A DNA stretch of 29,344 nucleotides from Prasinococcaceae sp. CCMP 1430 (Eukaryota; Plantae; Prasinodermophyta): positions 1 to 29,344 of the forward strand of contig RQSC01000964.1 in NCBI GenBank assembly GCA_013416795.1. Reading direction: 5' to 3'. Below, piece by piece: positions 10,453-20,170 of this stretch (positions within the stretch are counted from its first letter, which is position 1; every line of letters starts with the position of its first letter). A model generated the notes under the pieces. That model made no database searches. It was not told where the DNA came from and saw only the letters and a program-made list of their open reading frames with translations. A program made the position numbers and the translations under genes.

Positions 10453-11300
10453 CGGAAGGCACGAACGAAGTGCGCGGCCTCGTGGCGATAGCGCTGCACG
10501 CGGTGCAACCGGCCGCGAAGTGCGCGCGCGGCGCGCTCCGCAGCCTCGCGCTCGGCAATTGGAGCTCCACGCAGACGACGCGCAGCTGTCCGCTCGCGCG
10601 CCGCCAGGAAGCGCTCGGCTGCCGAGAGCTCACTGAAGGTCGCGTCGGTGGCTGCCTGTGCGCGCGCTGCGGCAATCTGGAAGCGCATCAGCTCTGAGTA
10701 CACTTCGATGGCCTCCTGGGATATCACCGTTGAAAGCGCACCGCACGCACTCGCGCCCTCGCCGCCATCGCCGCCGTTGCTGCGGGTGTCGTAGTCGAAG
10801 CGCAGTGCATCGAAAGCATGCAGGGAGCTGCGATCGACAATCGCCGGCGCACGGCCGCCCACCCACCCGATCGAGCATCGCGCCATGGCCAGATCGCCCT
10901 CCGCCTGTGCAAGCGCCTCGGTCCGTCCGTCCATGTGGGCGCCCGGGCGCGAGAGGGCGTGCGCTCGATGCACCTCCTCGGCGCTACCCTGGTCGACGCT
11001 CGACCCACGCATCGCGGCCTCGAGCATGTTTGCAAGCTCGGCTTCGCCCGGCGTGGGCCTGCCGGTGGCGTCGGCGCCACAGCAACGCGCCTCAAGTGAG
11101 GTCGTAAGCTCGTGTGCGGCGTCGCCAGCGCGCATAAGCGCCACGAGCCGTATGGCGCCCAGGTGCGCCGCTAGGCGCTGCTCGTCCATGAGGAGCCGCA
11201 ACACGCACTCGCTCGCCGATGCATGCCACAAGTGCGCCTCAGCAACGATCGAGGCACCGAGCGCAGCCTCAAGGGGCGCAAGTGGCGCATCGGACACGCG
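10453..11300 (-). CDS. Gamma-tubulin complex component (Spc97/Spc98, GCP5/6-like) GRIP2-domain fragment, truncated at both ends
   Basis: LRLLMDEQRLAAHLGAIRLVALMRAGD...LANMLEAA...AFDALRFDY...LSTVISQEAIEVYSELMRF...LHRVQRYRHEAAHFVRAF follows the order of GCP GRIP2 motifs (L..HL.AL..FLM..GD; FD.L.L.Y; Y..IF.F; EM.HFV). The similarity stops at the n at 10452. Confidence 0.7.
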
Positions 11301-12244
11301 GGGGGGCGCGGGCGGGGAACGGCCTCGGCTCGGCCCGCATCCGCATCCGCGGCGGCGGCTGCGGGGCGCCGGGCGGCGCCCCCGCAGGTGTGCGCATAAC
11401 CCGAACCTCCCCCACGAAAAAAGTAGCCCAAAATGAGATCGATCCCGAAATAGTTTGGACCCTTTTGGTATTTGACCCGGAATATGGCGCGCCGACACCT
11501 CCCGTGTGTGCTCGTGATCATCTGCTCAGACGGATCATTTATTTTTTCCGCACGAGTCGCGTTCCGATGAGTGCCCCGCCGCGTGAGGGCCGCCTTTTTT
11601 ATTTTGTGCGATTTTTAGGTGATTTTGCTGCTTTTTTTTGCGGCGGGCGCGAGCGCGCGCGCGGACACGCGAGGGGGGAAAACGATCGGCGGCGGCCGGC
11701 GCCACAGGCGTGGTCGCGGCAGGGGTGGGGGGGGTTCGCGTGGTTCTGTGGGTCGGCAGGGACCAAAAAAAAAAAAAAAACGCCGCGAAACCTCAACCCC
11801 AGCCGACCGCGCCGCGCGGAGCGGAGCGGAGCGCTTCTCCGCACGGGATCGCGCGCCCACTCGCGCCGCGTTCCGATCAATCGGCGCGACGAGCGCCCCA
11901 CCCCACCTTCGATCGATGGAAGGCCCCCGACTGGCTCACCTCACCCCCTACTACTACGCCCGACCGACCGAAGGGCCTCGATCGATCGATCGACGCAGGC
12001 CTCGGCAAGACCTCTGAACCCTGCCACGTGTGGGCTGTCTATACCCTTATTCTCTTTTTTTTTTTGGCGGAAGCGCTTCCGAGGGCGCGGGCGCGCGTTC
12101 CGGAAGGCGTGGGCGAAACGCCGCGTCTTTTTCGGTTTCGCTTCCGTCCTTTTTTTTTTCCCCGCGGCGGCGGCGGCGCGCGCGGTCGCGCGGTGCGATC
12201 TGCTGCGTCGTGGGCCACATGCGGCGGCGCGCGCCCGCATGTGG

Positions 12245-12732
12245 NNNNNNNNNNNNNNNNNNNNNNNNNNNNNNNNNNNNNNNNNNNNNNNNNNNNNNNN
12301 NNNNNNNNNNNNNNNNNNNNNNNNNNNNNNNNNNNNNNNNNNNNNNNNNNNNNNNNNNNNNNNNNNNNNNNNNNNNNNNNNNNNNNNNNNNNNNNNNNNN
12401 NNNNNNNNNNNNNNNNNNNNNNNNNNNNNNNNNNNNNNNNNNNNNNNNNNNNNNNNNNNNNNNNNNNNNNNNNNNNNNNNNNNNNNNNNNNNNNNNNNNN
12501 NNNNNNNNNNNNNNNNNNNNNNNNNNNNNNNNNNNNNNNNNNNNNNNNNNNNNNNNNNNNNNNNNNNNNNNNNNNNNNNNNNNNNNNNNNNNNNNNNNNN
12601 NNNNNNNNNNNNNNNNNNNNNNNNNNNNNNNNNNNNNNNNNNNNNNNNNNNNNNNNNNNNNNNNNNNNNNNNNNNNNNNNNNNNNNNNNNNNNNNNNNNN
12701 NNNNNNNNNNNNNNNNNNNNNNNNNNNNNNNN
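12245..12732. other. Assembly gap (488 N) between the divergent GCP-like (-) and YbaK-like (+) genes
   Basis: Run of N directly visible. Confidence 0.95.
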
Positions 12733-12764
12733 GGGTGGGTTCGTGCGCGCCGAGGCGCGGCGCG

Positions 12765-13860
12765 ATGGCGCCGCAGCCGAGCACGCGCGAGGTGTACGCG
12801 CGGATCGTCGGCGCGTCCTGCTCCGGCGCCCGGACGCGCGCGCTGTACGCGGGCGCGTGCGCCGAGGCGGCCGCGCGGCGAGACCCCCGGGCGGCGGCGA
12901 TCGAGGAGCGAATGCGGGGCATCGAGGCGAGGCTGCGCGCGCTCGAGCTTGCCGAAAGGCAGCGTCACATCCTCGACAGGATCGCGTCGCTCGATGGCGC
13001 AAGCGGGAGCGGCAATGCCGAGGGCGCCGACGCCGGCGCCGCAGCCGTCGGCGTCGTCGGTGCTGAAGACACACCCACGCAGGCGCGCCTCCGCGCGGAG
13101 TGCGCGCGCCGCGGCATGGACTCGGCGCGTTTCTGCCGCGTGCCCGAGGACTACTACGAGCAGGACCTGCCCTACAGGCAAAAATGCCTGGGAGCTGCGT
13201 CGGTGGAGCACCTCTGCAAGGTGCGAAGAGCCGCTCTCGCGCGCTCGCGGCTGCGCCACCGCCGAGTGCAGGCCACCGGGCCAGGCGCATCAGATGCCAA
13301 TGGCGCGCGAGCTAACGGCGCCTGCGCGGTTCGCCACCGACGCTACTCAGACCATTGTCATGGAAAACACCAAGGCGACAGAGGCCGACTTGGCCATTCC
13401 CGGCTACCAGAAGTACTACATGGTCGTCGTGCAGTACGCGAACAAACTGTCCACCGACAAGCTTAAGTCGTGGGTGCACTCCCACTGGCAGGGCCAGATT
13501 CCGAAGAAGCGTTTCAACATGCGCCTGTGCTCGGCAGAGGACAACGATAGGCTGACGGGCTTCCTCCACAACGCCGTGGCGCCCATCGGCACTGCCGAGA
13601 AACTGCCTATCGTCTTGGCGAAGAACGTGGCGGATCTCGAGCCAAACTTCTTCTGGTTCGGCGGTGGCGAGGGTGCGTGCGGCTCCGGTAGGCGCGCTCG
13701 CCGCGCGAGCGCGCACAAGTGCGCGTGCCTGCACGTCACGTGCGCGCAGCTGACCCGTGCCGCCACCGCGCGCTGGCGTATCGCAGTCGATCTCAAGCTT
13801 GGCTGCACGGTCGAGGACTTCATGAAGCTCGAGAACGTCAGCGTGGTGGACATCAACTGA
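12765..13860 (+). CDS. YbaK/aminoacyl-tRNA deacylase-like protein (plant type); exons 12765-13220, 13351-13672, 13787-13860
   Basis: RVPEDYY...LGAASVEHLCK|TIVMENT...KYYMVVVQY...IPKKRFNMRL...LTGFLHNAVAPIG...FFWFGGGE|VDLKLG matches the plant YbaK-domain family. Donors GTGCGA and GTGCGT, branch points GCTAAC and GCTGAC, CAG acceptors; phases are consistent. Confidence 0.92.
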
Positions 13861-14066
13861 CGCGACGCGCGTACTCGCGCGCAGCCAAGATCCAGGGACC
13901 GCGCGCGAAGGCGGCGCGTGCGTGCCGCTGCGGGATGCTCTGTAGCATTGCCACGCGCGGCCGCACGTAATGGAGCACTCTGACAATCTATCATCACAGC
14001 GACTCCGCCCGACGCCAGTAGTGGTGGTGTGGTCTGTGTTGTTTAGTAGTTATGTTATCAGTACGC

Positions 14067-14205
14067 TCACTTGTCGGCATCGTCCGAGGCGATGTCGAAG
14101 TACCGCAGCTCGTAGGTGTTCCTGTCCTTGTTGGAAGCGATCACACGCAGCCAGTCGCGCACGTTGTGCTTCTTGAGGTACTTCTTGGTGAGGTACTTCA
14201 TGTAG
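14067..14205 (-). CDS. RPL22: 60S ribosomal protein L22 (eL22), terminal exon only
   Basis: [38 protein letters not shown] is the eL22 C-terminal signature. Branch point GCTGAC at 14265-14260 and acceptor CAG at 14208-14206. The 5' exons are not found in the window. Confidence 0.93.
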
Positions 14206-14941
14206 CTGTGAGGTCGTGTGGGTGCGGGATCGGGTGGTGAAGCCGGGGCGCACGGTGGCGTCAGCACGCATTCACTGGAGGTAGCCACACGTGCTCACGC
14301 GCGGCCACTGCGCTCTCGGCGCATATGGCAGCGCCAGCGGCAGCGCCCACCGAAACCCAAGGAGGCGTCCGGCCTGCCCGCGGCGCTGCGTGCTGGGTGC
14401 GCGCGCGAGGGCCGCCGACCCGCATGCCCGCCCTACGCCCTGTCGCAATGTCATGCGCTCGACAGCACCACTCGGCGCAGGAGCACAGCTCCGCAGCCCA
14501 CTGCGGCACGGTACATGCGCGCAGCGCCTGGCGACCGCGATAGCCTTTGGGGTTTCGACGTAGACCCTCGAACTCGCGCCGCCGCAATAATCCACCCGCG
14601 CGCACGCGGGCCCTCCCCCGCGCGCGCAGCGCCCGGCGCCCCCCTCCCCCCGCGCCCGCCCGCCCGCACGCGGTGTGCGCCGCGCCGCGTACCGCTGCCT
14701 GCATCCGATCCGCTCGGCCGCAGGACGGATCGCGCCCCCGCGCCTCGCGGTGAAAACACGGTTGAACACACACTCGAACCTTCCCCGCGCTTTTTCGGTA
14801 CATGGATTCACAGCTCAAATGAAGCACCAATTTGCGGAATCCGGCGCGCGTACGCAAAGATGAACCCGTTTCACCACCCAAAACTCGTGTGCCACGACGG
14901 CAGAAAGTGTCGCCCGTGCTTGCCTATGATCTCCGTATCAT

Positions 14942-15352
14942 TTATAAGGTCGATTCGGTGGGCGCCTGAAATGCTTCGGAATGCCGCGTCGGACAAAAGC
15001 GGGCGGCTTTCGTTTTGATGAAAAAAAAGTGGCGGGACCGCGCCACCGCCGACGCCACAGCGCGCTCTCGCCGCGGCGCGGGGCGCGGCGCGCGGTGGCT
15101 GTGCGTGTGCGGGCGCGTGTTCGATTCGGGCTGTGGAGCTTGCTGCTGCGACTGCTGCGGCGGGCACTCCGCTGGCGGATTCAGCTGTGCCAGTGATGCG
15201 GCCTTTTGCTGCGGGTGCGGCTGCGGGTGCGGCTGCGTCTGCTGCGACGGCGGCGCACTCGCGGCGGCGCGGTCGTTCGCGGAGCTTGGCGCTTTAGAGG
15301 CAGCAGCACCTCCTTCGAAGATCGCTGCGATGCGGGCATTTATGCCCTCCAT
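14942..15352 (-). CDS. Hypothetical Q/P-rich ORF (136 aa, MEGINARIAAIFEGG...)
   Basis: True ATG, with CAG/CCG-rich codons in the central part. No family recognised, and it lies within the putative RPL22 intron. Confidence 0.3.
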   Translation of the reverse strand: MEGINARIAAIFEGGAAASKAPSSANDRAAASAPPSQQTQPHPQPHPQQKAASLAQLNPPAECPPQQSQQQAPQPESNTRPHTHSHRAPRPAPRRERAVASAVARSRHFFFIKTKAARFCPTRHSEAFQAPTESTL

Positions 15353-15470
15353 CGCTCACGGTCGGGTGTTGACGATGGTCTCGCGTGCTGCCGTAAACTC
15401 GTGACCCCGTTCGAAAAACCTAAGGCGTGCGTCACAGCACCTGTCGCGCCGCGTCCCGCCCGTTGCGCNG

Positions 15471-16894
15471 ACGGCGCGTGGCGGCGCGCGTGCTCGCCGG
15501 CGCTTGGCAACGCATGCGGCGGCGGCCGCGGCGGGGCTACCAGCGGGGGTACTGCCTCAGGAGGTGCTGGCGCACGCCGCGCCCGCACGCGTGGGTAAGA
15601 CGCGCGTGGCCGTCCTTCTGAGCGGCGGGGTGGACTCTTCGGTTGCGCTGGCGATTCTCAGGGCAGCCGGGCACGACGTTGTGGCCTTCTACCTACAGAT
15701 TTGGTTCCAGGAAGGTGCGCATGATGCACTGCGTCGCGCGAGCACCCATGCGTCTGCCCACCGCGCCACGCCGCGCCCGCCCGCAGCGCACGTGAGCATA
15801 CGTAACGATGTGCTGACCCGCGCCGCCGCCCGTGCCGCCACCTGCGCTCGCAAGACTTCGAGAACTTCTGGGGCGAGTGCCCTTGGGAGGAGGACCTGCG
15901 ATACGCGCAAGAGACGTGCGACGCCCTCGGAGTGGAGCTGCGCACAGTGCCGCTCACCAAGGAGTACTGGGAGCGCGTGGTGGAGCACAGCATCGGCGAG
16001 ATTCGGCGCGGGCGAACTCCTAACCCAGACGTGCTCTGCAACAGCCGCGTCAAGTTCGGCTGCTTCTACGACTATCTGGACAACAACACGGAGCCCGGAG
16101 AGTTCGGGCTCGTCGCGAGCGGCCACTACGCGAGGGTCCTGAGGGCTGGGGATGTGGAGGGAGGCGCTGGCGCGGACGCGTCCGTGCCGACGACGCGCGT
16201 GGCCGCCTGTGCGGACTCGTTCAAGGACCAGACGTACTTCCTCGCCAACCTGCGGCAGGAGCAGGTGAAACGCGCGCTCTTCCCCCTCGCGGGGCTGCAG
16301 AAGGCCGAGGTGCGCGGCTACGCGGAGCGCTTCCAGCTGCCGACAGCGGGGCGCAAGGACTCCCAGGGGATTTGCTTCCTGGGCAAGGTGAAGTTCAGCG
16401 AGTTCGTCGCGCGCCACCTCGGCGAGACGAAGGGTGACATCGTTGAGGCAGAGAGCGGCGAAAAGCTCGGCGAGCACAGGGGCTTCTGGTTCCATACAGT
16501 CGGGCAAAGGCAGGGCCTCGGGCTGGGCAACGGCCCATGGTACGTCGTACGCAAGGACCCGACGGCCAACGTCGTGTATGTGTCGAAGAACTACTACGCC
16601 AGCGACAAGAAACGCGATAGCTTCGAGGCAGCAGAGTTCAATTGGCTCGGCGGCGCACCGCCGGAGGGGGCGGCCGAGGGCGCGGCGCTGACCCTCAGCG
16701 TGAAGGTGCGCCACGGCGAGGACCGATACGAGGACGCCACCGTGCACTTCGCGGAGGGCGGCGAGCGTGCAAGCGTCTCCCTGCCAGAGGACGATCAGGG
16801 CCTCGCGCCGGGTCAGTACGCCGTCTTCTACGATGGAGACGTTTGCCTCGGCTGCGGCATCATCCAGGCGGCAGAGGACGGCTCCGACTGCTGA
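15471..16894 (+). CDS. mnmA: tRNA-specific 2-thiouridylase MnmA (organellar); exons <15471-15714 and 15855-16894; start codon missing at the n at 15469
   Basis: VAVLLSGGVDSSVA (PP-loop), NPDVLCN, ASGHYAR, KDQTYFL, KDSQGICF, GQRQGLG, QGLAPGQYAVFY. Intron 15715-15854 (GTGCGC...AAG) restores QE|DFENFW. The frame stays open back past the n with an R/A-rich transit-peptide-like sequence but no ATG. Confidence 0.95.
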
Positions 16895-17051
16895 GCAGCA
16901 ATGGCCGGGCGGCCGAGCGCGGCCGCGTGGCTTCAACTAATAATATGAGACGCGCGCGTCACCGCATGCTTACACACATATTACAACAAAGGGGCGTCTG
17001 GGAGACTGGGGAGGGGAAGGGCGCAGCGGCCGCGACCTGCCGGCGCAGGCG

Positions 17052-18356
17052 CTACGCGCGCGCGCTATGCAGGGCGAGGGGCACAATTCCGGCGACCGCC
17101 AGCAGCGCTCCGAGGACCGCGCGCCGGGTAACACCATCTCTGCGGATGGCATAGCCCAGTGGCAGCGCGTAGACCGGCCCCAGCGCCGTCAGAGTGGCGT
17201 AGGCGGGTAGAGAGATGAGGTACAGTGCGAATGTTGATAGCGCCGGTGCGGCGAAGGTGGTCAAGGCGATGCCCGCGCACACGCGCGTCCAGTCTCTCCG
17301 CGACTGCTCGGGCAGCATCGCCCACGGCACGGCGGCCGATGATGTTTTGCCTCGGAGGCGAGCGATGAGCCTCGCGAGGAGCGCGAGCGCCGCGAGCGCC
17401 AACCCGGACGTGCCAAAGCGGATTGCGTTCACGTGCCATGTGGTGAGGTCTGCTCCGTGCTGCTTGGTGATCACCGAGCCGTAGCAATCGAGCACGACGT
17501 TGGCGACTGCGCATAGCCAGCCCACAGTCAGCGCGGATGCGCCTTGTCGCAACGGCCGGCGCACCGCGTCGCCGCCATCAGAGCGCCCTTCGGCGTCTTG
17601 CGCCCCGGCGCCGTCGTCCTGTTCGCTGCTGCCGGCGTCGGCGCCGCCGCCCGCTGCGAGCGCGGTGAGCTCCAGCTGCTGAGCCACCCGCGCGCCGCTC
17701 TCGACATCGAGGTCACTCGTGAGCCTTTTGTACTTAACCGCTCGCTGCTGCTGCGTGCCATCGGCGCCTCCCTCGTCGTCGGCAGGCTTGGCCTTCTCCA
17801 GCGCGACGAGCAGCACGCCGGCCGTGGTGACGAGCGTTCCTGCAATGAGCGCGGGTCCCAACACTTCCTCGCCGAGCACGTACTTGCCAAGCGCGGCTGC
17901 CAGGAATGGCTTCAGCGAGTCGACGAACACCACCCTTCGTGGTCCTAGGACCTTGAGCGAGTGTAGCCACGCCGAGTCGCCGATTATGATGCCGATGACG
18001 CCGCTGAGCACGAGCCAACCCGCCACCGCGAAGTCAACATCCAAGGGCGCGGCGGCTGCCGCGTGAGCGGCGGTCGCCACGGCAAAGACAGCGCCGGCGC
18101 CGCAGCACTTCACCGCGTTCAGCATGAGCGCGGATCCCCTCCAGTGGTCGGCCCATGCGAAGAGGCCCGCCGCGCCCAGCGCCGGCGACAAAGCTGCAGC
18201 GGCGAAGCCTGCTGCAGAGGCCATCGGCCGCCGCCGCGCCTTCCGCGCCCGCGGCAAGGCCCGCGGCAGCGGTCGGGGCCGCGGACGGGGCCGTCTGTCG
18301 CGCACGCCCCGCCGTGCTTCGTCCGCGCTTCGTGCCGCGCGCGGCGTCCTCAGCAT
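17052..18356 (-). CDS. EamA/DMT-family (drug/metabolite) transporter with an R/P-rich N-terminal extension (alternative start at 18224)
   Basis: Two hydrophobic repeats (SGVIGIIIGDSAWLHSLKVLGPRR...PFLAAALGKYVLGEE; ...TALGPVYALPLGYAIRRDGVTRRAVLGALLAVAG) separated by a hydrophilic loop, typical of EamA x2. Confidence 0.85.
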   Translation of the reverse strand: MLRTPRAARSADEARRGVRDRRPRPRPRPLPRALPRARKARRRPMASAAGFAAAALSPALGAAGLFAWADHWRGSALMLNAVKCCGAGAVFAVATAAHAAAAAPLDVDFAVAGWLVLSGVIGIIIGDSAWLHSLKVLGPRRVVFVDSLKPFLAAALGKYVLGEEVLGPALIAGTLVTTAGVLLVALEKAKPADDEGGADGTQQQRAVKYKRLTSDLDVESGARVAQQLELTALAAGGGADAGSSEQDDGAGAQDAEGRSDGGDAVRRPLRQGASALTVGWLCAVANVVLDCYGSVITKQHGADLTTWHVNAIRFGTSGLALAALALLARLIARLRGKTSSAAVPWAMLPEQSRRDWTRVCAGIALTTFAAPALSTFALYLISLPAYATLTALGPVYALPLGYAIRRDGVTRRAVLGALLAVAGIVPLALHSARA

Positions 18357-18413
18357 GCGCGGGGAAAGAGGGCGTGGGTGCGGGTGCCAATACGCGGGCT
18401 GATCGCCTGGTCA

Positions 18414-18456
<43 letters not shown>
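18414..18456 (+). repeat. Poly-G tract (43 G)
   Basis: Counted directly; it lies between the divergent EamA and amidohydrolase genes. Confidence 0.9.
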
Positions 18457-18457
<1 letters not shown>

Positions 18458-18784
18458 CGCCCGCGGGCCGAGCCCGCGGGCTGGTGTGCATGCGGGTGGT
18501 GTGGCACCGTGGCCGTTCGCGTGCCGCATTCGCCAGTTCCAAGATAAGGTTGTTGCGTGTGGCCAGGTCAGGTGGGGGGGGATCCACTGCCCGGGCCCAG
18601 GTCGAGGGCGGGGCGCTGCCGCTGCCCGGCGCCACACGCGGCACAGAGCGCACACGCGGCATGCGCGCGGCTCTGGCTGGGCGCGCCTATTCGCTGGCGG
18701 CGGGGTCGGCGGCCGCGTCGCATCGGCGCCGCCCAACACGCGGCTGGTCCCCAGGCGGCGACACGCCGCGCGGGCGTGGCAGGG

Positions 18785-19729
18785 ATGGCCGCCAGCGGCG
18801 GCCGCGCGGTCGACGCGGCGGTGCACCTGTGGGCGCCCATGGACGGCAAGCCGCCTGGCGACGCGCAGACGCTGCTGCAGCGCATGGACGCCGCGGGCGT
18901 GGCTCACGCGGTCGTCGTGCAGCCGGGCGTCATTGCTGACCCGTTCGACCACAGCTACGTGGCGGACGCGGTCGCGGCGCATCCGGACAGGCTCACCGGT
19001 GTGCTGCTTGCTGATCCGCGGCCGGGGGGGGGCGGCGCGCGCGCACTGCGCGAGCTCGTGAGCGAGCGTGGCTTCCGCGGCGTTCGGTGCGTGTGCGCTT
19101 CCCGGAGCGATGCGGGCGCATGTCCCGACCCCCGACCCCACCCCTCCTCCCCTGTCCCACCAGTGGCTGACGAGCGCGGGCGCGGGATGGCCGCGCGCGG
19201 GCTCGCCGTGCGCTCTCGCAGCTTCAATCCGGGGCTCGACCCGGCGGGTGACATGACCGGTGCCGTCTGGAAGGAGATGTACGCGGCTGCGGGCGAGCTG
19301 AGCGCGCCCGTTGGCCACATGACCTTCAACTCGCTGCCGCAGCACGCCGGCGCCATCCGCGCGCTCGCGGAGGAGTTCCCGCAAACGGTGGCCATCGTCG
19401 ACCACATGGGCTTCTGCCGCTCTGACGACGAGTGGGATGTGCTTCTCTCTTTCGCCGACCTCCCGCAGGTCCGAGTCAAGCTGAGCGCCTTCTTCCGCTG
19501 CGGCGCTGGCAGCGCGCCGGGCGGGCTCGCGGAGCGCATCAGGCAGCTGGTGGACGCATTCGGGACGGAGCGTCTGCTGTGGGGAAGCGACTGGCCGTGG
19601 GTCGACGCCGAGGACGGTGGCTACGAGGGCGCATGTGACATGCTGAGGGCGCACGGAGGGCTCTCTGAGAGCGAGGTCGAGCAGATCATGAGCGCGACGC
19701 CGCGCGACCTGTACAACCTGGGCGCCTGA
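18785..19729 (+). CDS. Amidohydrolase_2 family protein; exons 18785-19086 and 19222-19729; a transit-peptide extension may lie upstream
   Basis: VDAAVHLW, AVVVQP, DHSYV, RGVR|FNP, VDHMGF, VKLSAFFR, FGTERLLWGSDWPW. Intron 19087-19221 has GTGCGT, GCTGAC and CAG. Confidence 0.9.
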   Translation: MAASGGRAVDAAVHLWAPMDGKPPGDAQTLLQRMDAAGVAHAVVVQPGVIADPFDHSYVADAVAAHPDRLTGVLLADPRPGGGGARALRELVSERGFRGVRCVCASRSDAGACPDPRPHPSSPVPPVADERGRGMAARGLAVRSRSFNPGLDPAGDMTGAVWKEMYAAAGELSAPVGHMTFNSLPQHAGAIRALAEEFPQTVAIVDHMGFCRSDDEWDVLLSFADLPQVRVKLSAFFRCGAGSAPGGLAERIRQLVDAFGTERLLWGSDWPWVDAEDGGYEGACDMLRAHGGLSESEVEQIMSATPRDLYNLGA

Positions 19730-19994
19730 GAGAGCTGCCGGCAGGTTTCTGTCTTATTTTTAAGCACGCACCTACCCTGCGGCCGCGTGACCATCGCGTC
19801 TGCTGCTCCGCACGCGTGGCGCTCGAGCCAGGCAGATGCCCCCCGTCGTGCTTTGGGTCGCGCGTCGCGCTTGAGTCGCAGGCGCTCCCGTGGCGCGCGA
19901 CGTCCCTCTGCAGGCGGGCCGGCCACTGGCGCTGCTCGCTGCGGTGCTTCCACAGACGACACGCCGTTGGAAGGGACGATGGACCTAGTTTATG

Positions 19995-20001
19995 TATATA
20001 T
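19995..20001 (+). promoter_or_regulatory. TATA-like upstream element of the 5S gene
   Basis: TATATAT about 25-31 nt upstream of the 5S start in an otherwise GC-rich genome. This is the position known for plant 5S upstream TATA elements. Confidence 0.6.
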
Positions 20002-20025
20002 CCTTCTGTTTTCCTTGCCACGCCA

Positions 20026-20145
20026 TCCAGCCTTCATACGATCAGGAAAGCACCAGGACACGTCCGATCCCTGCTAGTTAAGCCTGATTCGGCGCGGTTA
20101 GTACTGTGTTGGGTGACTACACTGGAAGACCGCGTGAGGCTGGTT
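20026..20145 (+). rRNA. 5S ribosomal RNA gene (single copy, divergent sequence)
   Basis: Hand folding gives all five helices: I CCAGCCT/AGGCTGG; II CGATCAGG/CCTGAT(T)CG; III CAGG/CCTG with loop C ACACGTCCGATC; V GCGCGG/CCGCGT; IV GTGT..GTGA..ACAC. Conserved CATAC, AGTTAAGC (A box), TTAGTA (loop E) and GGGTGAC (C box) are present; length about 120 nt. Confidence 0.9.
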
Positions 20146-20170
20146 TTTTGCCTTTTTGCCTTTCTTTTTG
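20144..20170 (+). terminator. RNA polymerase III oligo-T terminators
   Basis: T6 immediately after helix I, followed by further T5 tracts. Confidence 0.8.

Noticed and set aside
14720-14862. Minus-strand ATCTTTGCG resembling the 5' end of plant U4 snRNA
   Set aside because: Only about 9 nt match; I found no U6-pairing region, k-turn or Sm site downstream.
15015-15404. Cys-rich plus-strand ORF (CCCDCC...CCGCGCGCGCVCC) resembling a metallothionein
   Set aside because: It is the reverse complement of CAG/CCG-rich Q/P codons; TGC runs arise automatically, and the Cys spacing is not convincingly metallothionein-like.
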